A DNA stretch of 64,000 nucleotides from an uncultured Candidatus Saccharibacteria bacterium (GTDB lineage Bacteria > Patescibacteriota > Minisyncoccia > Phycocordibacterales > UBA918), in assembly GCA_964402035.1 (NCBI GenBank), contig CAYOAM010000003.1:7921-71920 (forward strand), given 5' to 3'. The position numbers and the translations under genes were made by a program. The notes beneath the pieces were generated by a model. It saw nothing but the letters and a program-made list of their open reading frames with translations. It was not told the origin of the DNA and made no database searches. Positions 19,132 through 29,242 of this stretch are shown here, one piece after another (position 1 is the stretch's first letter; each line of letters opens with the position of its first letter).

Positions 19132-22100
19132 ATGCACTGGCTCTGGAATTTCTTTCTTGATAAGCGTCAATTTAGTGTGCTCTTTATCGTAGCGCTTATT
19201 GCTATCGGTACCTACGCTGCATTTGTGATTCCAAAAGAATCTGCACCAGAAGTCATTGTACCAATCGGCATTGTTGCAACGGTATTTCCCGGTACGTCTG
19301 CATCTGATATTGAGCAACTGATCACCAATAAACTGGAAAAAAAGATTGGCGACGTTGATAACATCGACACGCTTACGTCAGTATCGCGTGATGGTGTTTC
19401 TATTATAACCGCTGAGTTCGATGCTTCTGCAGATATTAATATTTCAATTCAGGAACTCAAAGACGCCGTTGACGCAGGAAAAGGCGAGCTACCACAAGAT
19501 GCGCAAGATCCTGTCGTCACAAAAGTAAATTTTTCAAATGACCCTATTTTAATCGTCGCCGTGTCTGCTGATCTTGCTCCAACTGAATTTACGCGTCTTG
19601 GTGAACAAGTTGCGACCGAACTTGAAGCTGTTGCCGGTGTCTCCCAAGTAACAATCTCGGGTACACAAAAAAGAGAAGTACAGATCGTGGTACGTCCCGA
19701 TGCACTTCGTGCATACAACCTCACCCTGGGTGATATTTCACAAGCCTTGCGCGGAGCGAACATTGAAGTTCCGGTCGGTATAGTAAAGAACGACGGTATT
19801 GAATATGCCATCCGTTTTGAAGGTAGTATTGAAAACCCAACAGCGATTGGTGATATTCCACTTGCAAGTAAGGGAGGTCAATCTATATTCATGCGCGATG
19901 TGGCCCTCGTCATAAATGGTGTCGAGCAAGCAACGACTCTTTCACGCGTTTCAGTAGACGGAGCACCTGCAGAAAATGCGATGACGCTTTCAATATTCAA
20001 AAGTGCCGGCAGTGACGTCACCGCCATGGCACCGGCTGTACGAGCCAAGATTGATGCACTGACGCAGCCCGATGCACTACTTGCAGATTCACAAGTACTT
20101 ATCGTCTTCGATCAGGGGGCAAACGTAAAGAAAGATCTTACGGACCTCACTACTACCGGTTTTGAAACGGTACTTCTGGTTGTTGCTTGCCTCCTACTCA
20201 CGATTGGCTGGCGTGAATCTTTGGTTGCAGCACTTTCAATCCCCCTTTCTTTTGTGATCGCATTCATTGGTCTCTACGCATCAGGGAACACGATCAATTT
20301 CGTCTCGCTTTTTGCGCTCATCCTTGCGATTGGAATTCTCGTTGACTCCGGTATTGTGGTCACCGAAGCGATTCATACACGCATGCGGACGTTGGGAGAT
20401 GCCGACAAAGCAGCACGTGAAGCAATCCGCGAATACGCATGGCCACTTATTGGCGGCACCATGACGACCGTTGCAGTATTTGCACCACTCTTTTTCTTGT
20501 CAGGTATTACGGGAGAATTTATCGCATCTATACCCTACACGATTATTTTTGTTCTCGTTGCATCCATTCTGGTTGCGCTCGGTATGGTGCCATTGATCGC
20601 GATTTACCTCACGAAGCACGGGCAATCAAATCGCTTGGAGGAGATGCAGGAAGTCTATACGCACAAAGCACAAGCGTGGTACCGAGAAAAGCTCATTGCA
20701 TTCCTACAGAATATTCGTGCGCAGCGCATCTTCTTATGGACACTTGCTCTTGCATTTTTTATGACGCTTACACTTCCGGTGCTTGGACTTGTTAATGTTG
20801 TTTTCTTCCCACCTGAAAACGTCGACAATGTGTATATCGAGGTAGAAACAAAACAAGGAACAACACTTGCTGAGACGGATCTATCGCTCCGTGCCGCAGA
20901 AGAAATCCTCTATGAGCTGCCATATGTTGAATCGTTTACATCGACAGCGGGTGCAGGTTCAGTCTTTACCCAGAGCGGAAATGCTGGCGGCAAGTTTGGA
21001 AACATCAGCGTCACACTCTCAGAGACGAGAGAACTTCGAAGTCAAGAAGTAGCAATACTACTTCGTGAAGAGCTGCGCAAGATAACGACCGCTGACTTTA
21101 AAATAACCGAGCAGTCCAATGGTCCTCCGAGTGGAGCGCCGATTGTACTCAAGTTTATTGGTGGCAATCTTGAAGACCTTGCACTCGCGGCAGACAATGC
21201 CGAGAGACTACTCGCTTCGATTCCTGGTACGCGCGATATTGAGGCAAGCACCAAAAATAGCGCAACCGAAATTGTGCTCTCGATCGATCATGCAAAAGCA
21301 AATGCGGCTGGTGTCTCACCCTTTGCTGTTGGCGAAACATTGCGTTCAGCGGTATTTGGTATCACCGCAACCACAATCACTGAGAATGGTGACGATGTTG
21401 ATATTGTCGTAAAGCTCGATGTTGGGCCAAAAACGGTGGATGCGGGAGCAAATCCTGAAATCACCCTTACGGATCTCAAAAATGTTTCTATAAACACAGG
21501 AAATGGCTCTGTTCTTGTTGGCTCAATCATCAATGAAGATCTAGCTTCAGCACGAGCAGCCATTGTTCACGAAGACGAAGAACGGCTGGAAACTGTGTCC
21601 GCGTTTACCACACCAGAGGTTACCACGCTTGAAGTAACGAATGCCTTTAAGGCACGCGAATCGGAACTTAAACTTCCCGCAAACGTGCGTATTTCATATG
21701 GCGGAGAAACTGAGGACATAAACCGATCGTTTACAGAAATGTTCGTCGCTTTGATTGCAGGACTCGTGCTCATGTTGACCATCCTCGTGCTCTCATTCAA
21801 CTCAATCCGTTATTCCTTGTACTTACTCTTGGCCGTACCCTACTCACTCATTGGCGTCTTTATTGGACTTGCGATTACGCGCCAACCACTTTCGTTTACT
21901 TCGCTTCTTGGTGTTATTGCACTTGCCGGCGTCATTATCAACCACGCCATCATTCTGATGGATTCGCTCATTGTGCGTCGCGACATGCGTGCGGATGACG
22001 ACCTTATGCTAATAGTAGCGGATGGTTCCGTCTCTCGTCTGCGACCAATCTTCCTTACGACCATCACCACAATCGTTGGTATGGTACCACTCTCTACCAT

Positions 22101-22257
22101 TTCAGATTTCTGGAGCCCGCTTGCCTACACCATCATGTTCGGACTGGCCTTTGCGATGATTCTCACCTTGCTCCTTGTACCTACACTCTTCTATAGACAT
22201 GAGAAAAAAGTTCGCCAGAAAGCAACAAAAGCGATAACAGCATCGGGCAAGGCTTAA
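19132..22257 (+). CDS. RND efflux pump permease (AcrB/AcrD/AcrF family)
   Basis: 1041 aa with 12-TM topology and two large periplasmic loops. It lies 6 nt after the MFP gene. Confidence 0.9.
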   Translation: MHWLWNFFLDKRQFSVLFIVALIAIGTYAAFVIPKESAPEVIVPIGIVATVFPGTSASDIEQLITNKLEKKIGDVDNIDTLTSVSRDGVSIITAEFDASADINISIQELKDAVDAGKGELPQDAQDPVVTKVNFSNDPILIVAVSADLAPTEFTRLGEQVATELEAVAGVSQVTISGTQKREVQIVVRPDALRAYNLTLGDISQALRGANIEVPVGIVKNDGIEYAIRFEGSIENPTAIGDIPLASKGGQSIFMRDVALVINGVEQATTLSRVSVDGAPAENAMTLSIFKSAGSDVTAMAPAVRAKIDALTQPDALLADSQVLIVFDQGANVKKDLTDLTTTGFETVLLVVACLLLTIGWRESLVAALSIPLSFVIAFIGLYASGNTINFVSLFALILAIGILVDSGIVVTEAIHTRMRTLGDADKAAREAIREYAWPLIGGTMTTVAVFAPLFFLSGITGEFIASIPYTIIFVLVASILVALGMVPLIAIYLTKHGQSNRLEEMQEVYTHKAQAWYREKLIAFLQNIRAQRIFLWTLALAFFMTLTLPVLGLVNVVFFPPENVDNVYIEVETKQGTTLAETDLSLRAAEEILYELPYVESFTSTAGAGSVFTQSGNAGGKFGNISVTLSETRELRSQEVAILLREELRKITTADFKITEQSNGPPSGAPIVLKFIGGNLEDLALAADNAERLLASIPGTRDIEASTKNSATEIVLSIDHAKANAAGVSPFAVGETLRSAVFGITATTITENGDDVDIVVKLDVGPKTVDAGANPEITLTDLKNVSINTGNGSVLVGSIINEDLASARAAIVHEDEERLETVSAFTTPEVTTLEVTNAFKARESELKLPANVRISYGGETEDINRSFTEMFVALIAGLVLMLTILVLSFNSIRYSLYLLLAVPYSLIGVFIGLAITRQPLSFTSLLGVIALAGVIINHAIILMDSLIVRRDMRADDDLMLIVADGSVSRLRPIFLTTITTIVGMVPLSTISDFWSPLAYTIMFGLAFAMILTLLLVPTLFYRHEKKVRQKATKAITASGKA

Positions 22258-22457
22258 ATCAATCCCTCAAGACCTACACTATATGAACTCAGGAACGCAG
22301 GGATTGCAAACACTAATCCAATGAGTGGCAACACAACCACAATGACCGTGATCCAAAGCACTGCGAGAAAATATTTCCGACTCTTCTCTACTGATTGCCA
22401 AATAGCATCCAACTTTTGATCCTGCTCCTTTAAACGTTGATCTAATTCAGTATCCAT
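22254..22457 (-). CDS. Small membrane protein
   Basis: Trimmed to the internal Met (MDTELDQRLKEQ…). It has a single TM. Confidence 0.35.
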   Translation of the reverse strand: MDTELDQRLKEQDQKLDAIWQSVEKSRKYFLAVLWITVIVVVLPLIGLVFAIPAFLSSYSVGLEGLI

Positions 22458-22614
22458 ATACCAAAGTATAGCAACTTTGTGCCTATGGAACTCAGTACGC
22501 TGTCCACCCACCACGCTGATGATTTCACCAGCCGCTACTTGACAAAATACGGTACCTATGTATAATGCGGCATCAGCATTTTTTGGACAAAGCGCTATTT
22601 TCGGAGATATATCT

Positions 22615-23025
22615 ATGACACCCATACACTACATTTGTTCGCTTGTACTCCTAAGCATGCTCTATACAATGCCTGCCTTTGCAATATCGACACCCGAGAC
22701 ATTTTTTCTTGAAACAACAACTGCCCCGTCTGCAGTTTCAACACGCTTTGATAACACAAACTGGTTCACCTCTCTGCATCCAAAAGTAGCCACTTTTACC
22801 ATCTTCCCTGATGGTAGCGCAGAAGGTATGACGGTTAATGGCATCATATTCACGCAATACAACGTACCCAATAGTGCAGGGATTCGAGTGCAACGTTTTG
22901 AAATACAAGATCACTATCACTATATTGTTGAAGGAGATATCGTCGATAGTTTCGAAGAGTTCTCTGCAAGACTCGCTCTTGCATACCACGCACAAAAAGA
23001 AATGTCCGCAAAAACCAATACGTAG
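22615..23025 (+). CDS. Secreted hypothetical protein
   Basis: Internal Met start that gives a clear signal peptide (MTPIHYICSLVLLSMLYTMPAFA). Confidence 0.45.
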   Translation: MTPIHYICSLVLLSMLYTMPAFAISTPETFFLETTTAPSAVSTRFDNTNWFTSLHPKVATFTIFPDGSAEGMTVNGIIFTQYNVPNSAGIRVQRFEIQDHYHYIVEGDIVDSFEEFSARLALAYHAQKEMSAKTNT

Positions 23026-23038
23026 TATACTCAGATAT

Positions 23039-23461
23039 ATGGAACAGTACGAAGAAAAGACCCCCTATATCCCCCACTATTACGGAAACACCATCCGGCT
23101 ATTATTTTTAGGGTCGGCGTTGATATTACTGTTATCGGCGATGGTTGATAAAGAGCTTTTTGCTTTTTACCTTTTTATTGGGATATTTGTGGTCTTGGGT
23201 ATTGTTATATTGGCTGGCCTCACCAGTCCCAATACACGATTTTCAATAATTTCTGATACCGGTATTTCCGCAGTCTTATTTATATTTTTTGAATATTCAG
23301 CACTTATGACGAGCCCTGCAGTTAACGGTGGCGCATTTGATGCCGTGTTCCTGCTCCGCCAATTACTCGCTCTCATTTTTCTGCTTGCTCTCTATTTTAG
23401 TGTCAAAACCTGGCGCGGCATGAGCATAGAGAAACCCAAGGACGACACGCGACAGCTATAA
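23039..23461 (+). CDS. Hypothetical 4-TM membrane protein
   Basis: Trimmed to MEQYEEK to remove the overlap with the upstream ORF. Four hydrophobic helices. Confidence 0.45.
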   Translation: MEQYEEKTPYIPHYYGNTIRLLFLGSALILLLSAMVDKELFAFYLFIGIFVVLGIVILAGLTSPNTRFSIISDTGISAVLFIFFEYSALMTSPAVNGGAFDAVFLLRQLLALIFLLALYFSVKTWRGMSIEKPKDDTRQL

Positions 23462-23492
23462 GAAAACCGCATCCCTCGATGCGGTTTTCTTA
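23462..23492. terminator. Bidirectional Rho-independent terminator
   Basis: aaaaccgcatc-cctcg-gatgcggtttt, flanked by A-runs and T-runs between convergent genes. Confidence 0.7.
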
Positions 23493-23501
23493 TTACTATC
23501 A

Positions 23502-25244
23502 TTATTTGTTTACGACATCTGAAATATCAGCAATCTCTTTCATGAGACCTGTCTCAATCTGTGCAACACTTTCTTTAAGTCTTTTCAACAATTTGACTTC
23601 TTCGCGGGTTAACTTTCTTTTGGCGCTCGTCTTTTCTAGCATCTTGATATCGTCTTCAATATCAGATTGCATAAAGGCAAACGATTTTCGTACCAACGCT
23701 TGTGCCTCTGACACTTCTCCACGAATACGTTTTTTAAGATGCACACTACTTCTCCATCCATATACAAGTAGTAGCACAAGCATAAGAAGGAGTGCAAGGA
23801 GTGGTATCACAATCGAGAGTATGGTGATCATCATTGAATCGGTTCGCATGAGTACAGGCGCTACGACCGTAACATGTTTTGTTGCGCTCGGTAGACTCAT
23901 CGCACCACGAGCATCCTGTACGAAGACTGTGTATGAAAAGACACCAACATCGAGCTTTTGTTCAAGAGTAAAATATCCATCAACACCACTTTGACCTGAA
24001 AGGGGAATTGTGTCTCCTTTCTCCGACACCATATTCATCGTAACGGTACTATTTGGATATGTGGTACCTGAAACACGAAAGCGTTCACCTGCAACAATGG
24101 TTTCCGGAACGTCCGTTAGTACCGGTGTATCAATCGGATCAACAGTAAATTCAGCAGCAGCGGTACGATAGTTTCCTGTACGGTCGTACACTTTTGCAAT
24201 CACAATATGCTTCCCAAGAGGGACTACCGGTGTTCGATACTGCGTTTCGTCAGCACCATCAATCGTAACAACGTCTCCGGTATCAATTTGAAGTTCATAT
24301 GATGCAATACCTGAACCACCATCTGTGGCACTCAGTATAAAACCAGCCGTAGGATCAGTATGATCCTCTCGCGTAATAGGACTCAAATCAAAGCTCTCTG
24401 GCTTTCTCGTATCGATATGGAGTGGAAAATGGCTGACTGCACCCCACCCTTCACTGTTTCGCGCTTGCACATGAAAATATGAAATGCCGTCAGTAAGGTC
24501 AGTAATCTCTCGCTCCACAATGGGATTCTGGTAGACCACCGTTGGTATGCTTTCCGCTTTTGCATCAACGAGCGTACGAACACTGGTAACATCATTTTCT
24601 AGAGTCCACGCTAAGCGTGCGGTCGTATCTCGATACCAGGCTTTTGTATCTCCATGCGTTGTCGAGGTCACTTTTGGAGCAGCGGGAGTACCTGCATTAC
24701 TCGGTTCATTGGGAGCAATCTCCTCCTCTACCGCTTTCTCAATAAGCACAAACTGTGCCGTGCCTTTTTTTGAAAGTATGTCGGTACCCTCTCCGTCATT
24801 TGCAAGAGCAGCGGCATCTACAAAACTGAGTGAAGCGCTCCCTGCTTTTTTTACACGAAAATTAATCGTTACAATTTTCCCACTAGCACCGGTAAAACCG
24901 GGATTCAGTACTACTCCTTCAAACGACACCGTACCTGCAGTATTTACAAATACCGGCTCTTCTACCCACAATGAAATAATAGATTGGTTTTTTGAAATCG
25001 AGGTAACTTCCAATGTATCGGGTGGAAACGATACGACTCCTGAAAGCGCATTCACGGCACGATCGCTACTTGCTACATATACTGACACTGCAATGGGATC
25101 TCCAACAGTATACGTACCAGACGCTGGGACAAGTGAAAGATTCGCCGCTGATACAGATAGAGGCGCACAAAAGCAGAGAGCTACGATAATCAGACGGCTG
25201 ATCGACGTCGCCTTCGCAACATAAAAAGACAAAAGATCGCGCAC
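23502..25244 (-). CDS. Cell-surface protein with an N-terminal cohesin-like domain, Ig-like domains, and a C-terminal TM plus coiled-coil tail
   Basis: Signal peptide. Cohesin-like block (ANLSLVPASGTYTVGDPIAVSVYVASSDRAVNALSGVVSFPPDTLEV…SFEGVVLNPGF). The C-terminus has a TM (ITILSIVIPLLALLLMLVLLLVY) and a charged helical segment. Confidence 0.5.
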   Translation of the reverse strand: MRDLLSFYVAKATSISRLIIVALCFCAPLSVSAANLSLVPASGTYTVGDPIAVSVYVASSDRAVNALSGVVSFPPDTLEVTSISKNQSIISLWVEEPVFVNTAGTVSFEGVVLNPGFTGASGKIVTINFRVKKAGSASLSFVDAAALANDGEGTDILSKKGTAQFVLIEKAVEEEIAPNEPSNAGTPAAPKVTSTTHGDTKAWYRDTTARLAWTLENDVTSVRTLVDAKAESIPTVVYQNPIVEREITDLTDGISYFHVQARNSEGWGAVSHFPLHIDTRKPESFDLSPITREDHTDPTAGFILSATDGGSGIASYELQIDTGDVVTIDGADETQYRTPVVPLGKHIVIAKVYDRTGNYRTAAAEFTVDPIDTPVLTDVPETIVAGERFRVSGTTYPNSTVTMNMVSEKGDTIPLSGQSGVDGYFTLEQKLDVGVFSYTVFVQDARGAMSLPSATKHVTVVAPVLMRTDSMMITILSIVIPLLALLLMLVLLLVYGWRSSVHLKKRIRGEVSEAQALVRKSFAFMQSDIEDDIKMLEKTSAKRKLTREEVKLLKRLKESVAQIETGLMKEIADISDVVNK

Positions 25245-26056
25245 ACTATTAGTATACCGACAATTGTGTATTTCGTGATCTCAAATGTCTGTGGATGCAG
25301 TGGATAGACAATAGCGTTTCGCGTGTTACCCACTCGATCAATAGCACGCACATAAATCGTAGAACTAAGTTTTTGATTCTTCAATACATAAGGGCTTTCT
25401 GCCTCTCGCCACCAGCCAAAAACACCCTCCTTTACTTCGTAGTGATCAATACCTGAGCTTTTATCCTCTGTTGAAAAGACGAGAAAGTATGCCCCGTCAA
25501 ATACATCAGCGTCGCGCACTACTTCAGGTCGAAATGCTTCCGGGTCTTCATCGTCCATGACGACACCAGCTGCTGTGTGTGATGGTATACCTGCTCCAAT
25601 TACAATCGGACTTATCACCGGTGAAAAAGGAATCAGGGTTCCTAGACCATCGTTCTTGAGCAATTGCACCGCATCGAGTGTCACTGCTCCTTTACCCAAC
25701 GACTGCGCCTTAAAATAGAGTGTGACGACATCAACCTTCCCCATGAAACCACCGGGCGTAATACCAGAAAAATGTATACCTGCGGCGGTTGCTTCAGGTT
25801 TTGATACCCAAAAATTTAGTACGGACGCACTATCATCAAACCCTTCATACTGCAGCAAGGTTGCTGGATAGGTCATCACAGCCTCAAAAGCGTTTGCAGA
25901 AACATCCGTATCTATACTCAGCGTAACGGCAATGGTTTCTCCTACTGCCCCCTCCATAGGCAGAACAGTTATTTCGCTCGTTGCCGCAAACGATGGCTCA
26001 TATACAGCAAACCCGCCAATCACCAACATCGCAACATATGTGTAAAGTAAATACAT
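25190..26056 (-). CDS. Cohesin-like domain protein, C-terminally TM-anchored
   Basis: SEITVLPMEGAVGETIAVTLSIDTDVSANAFEAVMTYPATLLQYEGF…GIHFSGITPGGF, with a C-terminal TM plus RRRRR stop-transfer sequence. Confidence 0.5.
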   Translation of the reverse strand: MYLLYTYVAMLVIGGFAVYEPSFAATSEITVLPMEGAVGETIAVTLSIDTDVSANAFEAVMTYPATLLQYEGFDDSASVLNFWVSKPEATAAGIHFSGITPGGFMGKVDVVTLYFKAQSLGKGAVTLDAVQLLKNDGLGTLIPFSPVISPIVIGAGIPSHTAAGVVMDDEDPEAFRPEVVRDADVFDGAYFLVFSTEDKSSGIDHYEVKEGVFGWWREAESPYVLKNQKLSSTIYVRAIDRVGNTRNAIVYPLHPQTFEITKYTIVGILIVCAIFCLFMLRRRRRSAV

Positions 26057-26060
26057 ACAG

Positions 26061-27092
26061 CTATCCAGTCCAATAAAAGGCCATGATACTAAAGTCGATA
26101 ATATTTATGACACCATCACCATTGAGTTGTGCAGCCTCTCGAACGGAAAACGACTCACTAAGAGTACGCCGATACCAAAATGCAGCAATTGAAAAGTCGA
26201 TCAAGTTTACCGTGCAATCACCGTTTAGGTCTGCTTTCTTGACGCAGGCATTTGTGCCCACAGTCGCAACATTTTTAGACCCAACCTTAAAGGGTACCTC
26301 AATACTAAACGGGCTTATCTCACTACTGGTCGCCGAACGTGATTTTGTATGGTGATCCCCGAGCACCAACACTGCAGTATCAAAATTGTGCAGATAGGTA
26401 CCACGTACATCTGCAGGAGTCTGCACAAAAAACTGTTGCGGAGATTGTACTTCGAGTGTCACGGTCGAAGCTGGTACACTTTGTCCAAAAAAAGTGATGG
26501 GGTCACCACGACGCACTTCGCTTTTATCAGCGGAAAGTGTCGGCGCTATAAAAACTCCATCGATTTTTGTGAGTACATTGCGCGTGAGTGTAACATCATA
26601 CGGTAACGTTGCCGATCGTTGGTGATGTATGTCTTCGCTAAATAGTACAAAATGGTAACTACCTGACGAAAGTCCACTGATGGTTACCTGAAAATTTGCG
26701 AGTGAACTCGCCACGGTTTTTGCTACCCGTTGTCCATCTTTGAGGATCGTAATCGTGCTACCGGGGTAGGCTCTTCCTTCAAACACTATCGTGGCATTTC
26801 CATTTCCCCCGCTCGACCCGCCGCCACCTCCTCCACCGCCACCTCCTCCTGCTACGCAACTACTGGTATCAAGTTCGCACGCAGCTGTACAAGATAGCGA
26901 CCCCGAAGAAAATCCTTGAGATACACACGTCTTGCCGTCAAAATCCGAACCATCGCATGCTTCACCGACCTCAGCTATTCCATCACCACATCCTGGAACA
27001 ATAGCGACTATATCTACATCTTCCCCGTGGAGGGATATGGGTGCAATTAAGAAACATACTACAGAGAAACTGAGTAGAAAAAGATGACGCAT
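26061..27092 (-). CDS. Secreted dockerin-containing protein with a Myxococcus-type Cys-rich repeat and a poly-Gly linker
   Basis: Cys-rich repeat CGDGIAEVGEACDGSDFDGKTCVSQ…C. Linker of G11-SSGGNG. Two dockerin Ca-binding repeats at the C-terminus (DLNGDCTVNLIDFSIAAF… and LNGDGVINIIDFSIMAF). The start was taken at the internal Met that gives a signal peptide. Confidence 0.6.
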   Translation of the reverse strand: MRHLFLLSFSVVCFLIAPISLHGEDVDIVAIVPGCGDGIAEVGEACDGSDFDGKTCVSQGFSSGSLSCTAACELDTSSCVAGGGGGGGGGGGSSGGNGNATIVFEGRAYPGSTITILKDGQRVAKTVASSLANFQVTISGLSSGSYHFVLFSEDIHHQRSATLPYDVTLTRNVLTKIDGVFIAPTLSADKSEVRRGDPITFFGQSVPASTVTLEVQSPQQFFVQTPADVRGTYLHNFDTAVLVLGDHHTKSRSATSSEISPFSIEVPFKVGSKNVATVGTNACVKKADLNGDCTVNLIDFSIAAFWYRRTLSESFSVREAAQLNGDGVINIIDFSIMAFYWTG

Positions 27093-27102
27093 GAATACAA
27101 CG

Positions 27103-28053
27103 CTAGCGCGAAGCAACACTTCGCGCAATAATCCATTGATTATACTTACGAAGACTGAACCGACCTGCACCCAGCAACAAGATCACAATACTGAGTAATT
27201 GCCAAGGAATGATAAAGAAATGATAGCTATTTTGATTTTTGGTATCAGTAGTCCCCCACGACAAATCAAGCACGGCCGTGTACCAACCAAAATGAAAATC
27301 ACTCAATTGTCGCTTGGCTATAGCAAAAAAACCTTCAGCTTTTGGTTCCAATATTTTCCACGTTGATTCAAAGCGTCGAGCACTATTGGGCAAAACACTC
27401 CCTTCGCTCTCATTTGCTGAAAATGTAGTAACGGTACTTCTAAAACTATTTTTTACACCCACTGTTCCTCGCGGCACAATACGATCACCACCGGTGTTGT
27501 TTATGCGATACGAAAATGCAATAGGTAGCTGAGAAAAAAACCTGCCTCCCGGAGCATTAAACTCAAGAACACCACCCCCTTCTTCGATGTCTCCCGCAAC
27601 GCGCAAAAAGACCAAGACGCCAAGCCTTCCACCAATAGAAACTTCACCACCCTCTTGCGTTTTTGGATCTTGTCCACCAAAAAATACAGCAGCAAAATAA
27701 CCGCCCGGTTCAGTTTCTTTTGGTATCGTTATCGAAAGAGGAATCTTAATGCGCTCAAGTGGAGCAAGCGAGACACGACCTCCTGCTTGCATCCAGGTTG
27801 CGAGGCCGTCCTTCGCTCCGACAAAATACGGAGATCCAGTATCGCCGCTCGGTTCAAAATTTTCGTACGAGGGGTAAAATTCTTTTGGCTCGTTTTGTTC
27901 ATTGAGGAGTTCAATGTCAGTGTAGAGTGTCTGTCCTGGGTTCCCAGTTATTTCGATCTTTACGGGAGACAGTGTAAGCGCCTCGACGTGTGGCGCGTGT
28001 AAAATCACCGCACACACCACAAGACCAAAAAATATTCTAAAATTGTATTTCAT
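27103..28053 (-). CDS. Secreted beta-rich protein with a C-terminal TM anchor (accessory protein of the surface locus)
   Basis: Signal peptide, Gly-rich beta-strand pattern, C-terminal TM (HFFIIPWQLLSIVILLLGAG) and a basic tail. Confidence 0.45.
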   Translation of the reverse strand: MKYNFRIFFGLVVCAVILHAPHVEALTLSPVKIEITGNPGQTLYTDIELLNEQNEPKEFYPSYENFEPSGDTGSPYFVGAKDGLATWMQAGGRVSLAPLERIKIPLSITIPKETEPGGYFAAVFFGGQDPKTQEGGEVSIGGRLGVLVFLRVAGDIEEGGGVLEFNAPGGRFFSQLPIAFSYRINNTGGDRIVPRGTVGVKNSFRSTVTTFSANESEGSVLPNSARRFESTWKILEPKAEGFFAIAKRQLSDFHFGWYTAVLDLSWGTTDTKNQNSYHFFIIPWQLLSIVILLLGAGRFSLRKYNQWIIARSVASR

Positions 28054-28098
28054 GGAGTTTTCTCCATACTATAAGTATCGAGCAGAGAATGCAACCGA

Positions 28099-29172
28099 CT
28101 AATAATTGGCCGTTGCCGTGTATGTGAGGGTCGCGCTATAACTTCCTGCCTCTGTGTTTGAGCCAATGTTCGCAAGGTAGCGAGCTGAATAGGTAGTATT
28201 TGCGGTCGCTACCGTTGATGTAGCTACCGTATCAGGAAAAGCGCCAGAATCAAATGCAAAGCCCGAGGCCGCATACGGCGCATTGACCGCACCATTACCA
28301 CCTGCCGCTGTCAAACGCAGTCCGAACTGCTCAGTACCAACAGATGAGGCTGAGTTTGAGGCGCCAATTGCAGTAATCGTGTTCCCACCAGAGGTTAGGG
28401 TATTTCCGTTCAACGTGAGCGAATATCCATTACTTGCATTTGTGCCAACAATCAAATTGTGTGCCTCGACTTCTGATGTGTCACCCGACGCCGTACCCGA
28501 TGCGTATCGTGCAGCGCCAGAGGTCAATGTACCAAAACTGATGCTATTGTCTGAAATACTGAAGGTAATGGACTGAGCGACGGTAGCCGAAATAGCCACC
28601 TGGTCATCGTTCACAATACTGACGGTGATATCTCCAGAGTCAAAACCGTTACCACTTATGGCGATTCCGTATGACGTTGCCACGCTTGGATTGGTCGAAC
28701 TGGCGGCAGTAAAAGAGAAGATCAGTACATCATTGGGGTCGACAGCAGCTGCACCAATTCCATCGGTAGGTGCTGTGAAAGTCCACACACGGCCCTGTGT
28801 TCCTGTTGTAGCTACAGCCCAGCGTGATCCATCAGCAACACCATGCAACGTTTCTGTCGTCTCAAGACCAGTGGAAGGGCCATGGGTAAATGTCACCGAT
28901 GTAGTCGCCTTTCCCGTAAAGTTAAAATCCGATGGGAACGTAATAACAATGGTGTCGGTATTGTCGCTCGCACCTGTTGGGCTCGTGAATTTGATCGAGT
29001 GAGTCGATGTTGCAGGGCTAATCTTGGACGAGGACATTGTATCCGATGCGCTCGTTATTGATGCGGCATGAACGGTGACTCGTGGAAATACCCACGCTAC
29101 GAGCATAGCAATCACCAAGAGAGCACTCAAAGCAGCCCGACGAGAAAAAATATGGGTTACATTCATATGCAT
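28099..29172 (-). CDS. Secreted two-domain protein with a C-terminal TasA/camelysin-like domain (putative fibre/pilin-like subunit)
   Basis: The C-terminal 170 aa are homologous to the C-terminus of the giant protein. The motif ITFSISDNSISFGTL resembles the FFSDKEVSNNTFAAGTLDL motif of TasA/CalY. Confidence 0.5.
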   Translation of the reverse strand: MHMNVTHIFSRRAALSALLVIAMLVAWVFPRVTVHAASITSASDTMSSSKISPATSTHSIKFTSPTGASDNTDTIVITFPSDFNFTGKATTSVTFTHGPSTGLETTETLHGVADGSRWAVATTGTQGRVWTFTAPTDGIGAAAVDPNDVLIFSFTAASSTNPSVATSYGIAISGNGFDSGDITVSIVNDDQVAISATVAQSITFSISDNSISFGTLTSGAARYASGTASGDTSEVEAHNLIVGTNASNGYSLTLNGNTLTSGGNTITAIGASNSASSVGTEQFGLRLTAAGGNGAVNAPYAASGFAFDSGAFPDTVATSTVATANTTYSARYLANIGSNTEAGSYSATLTYTATANY

Positions 29173-29242
29173 AATATTATACGTATGATTATATGCTACT
29201 TACGCGATAAATTATGACAGCACGTTGGGATAACTGTTAATA

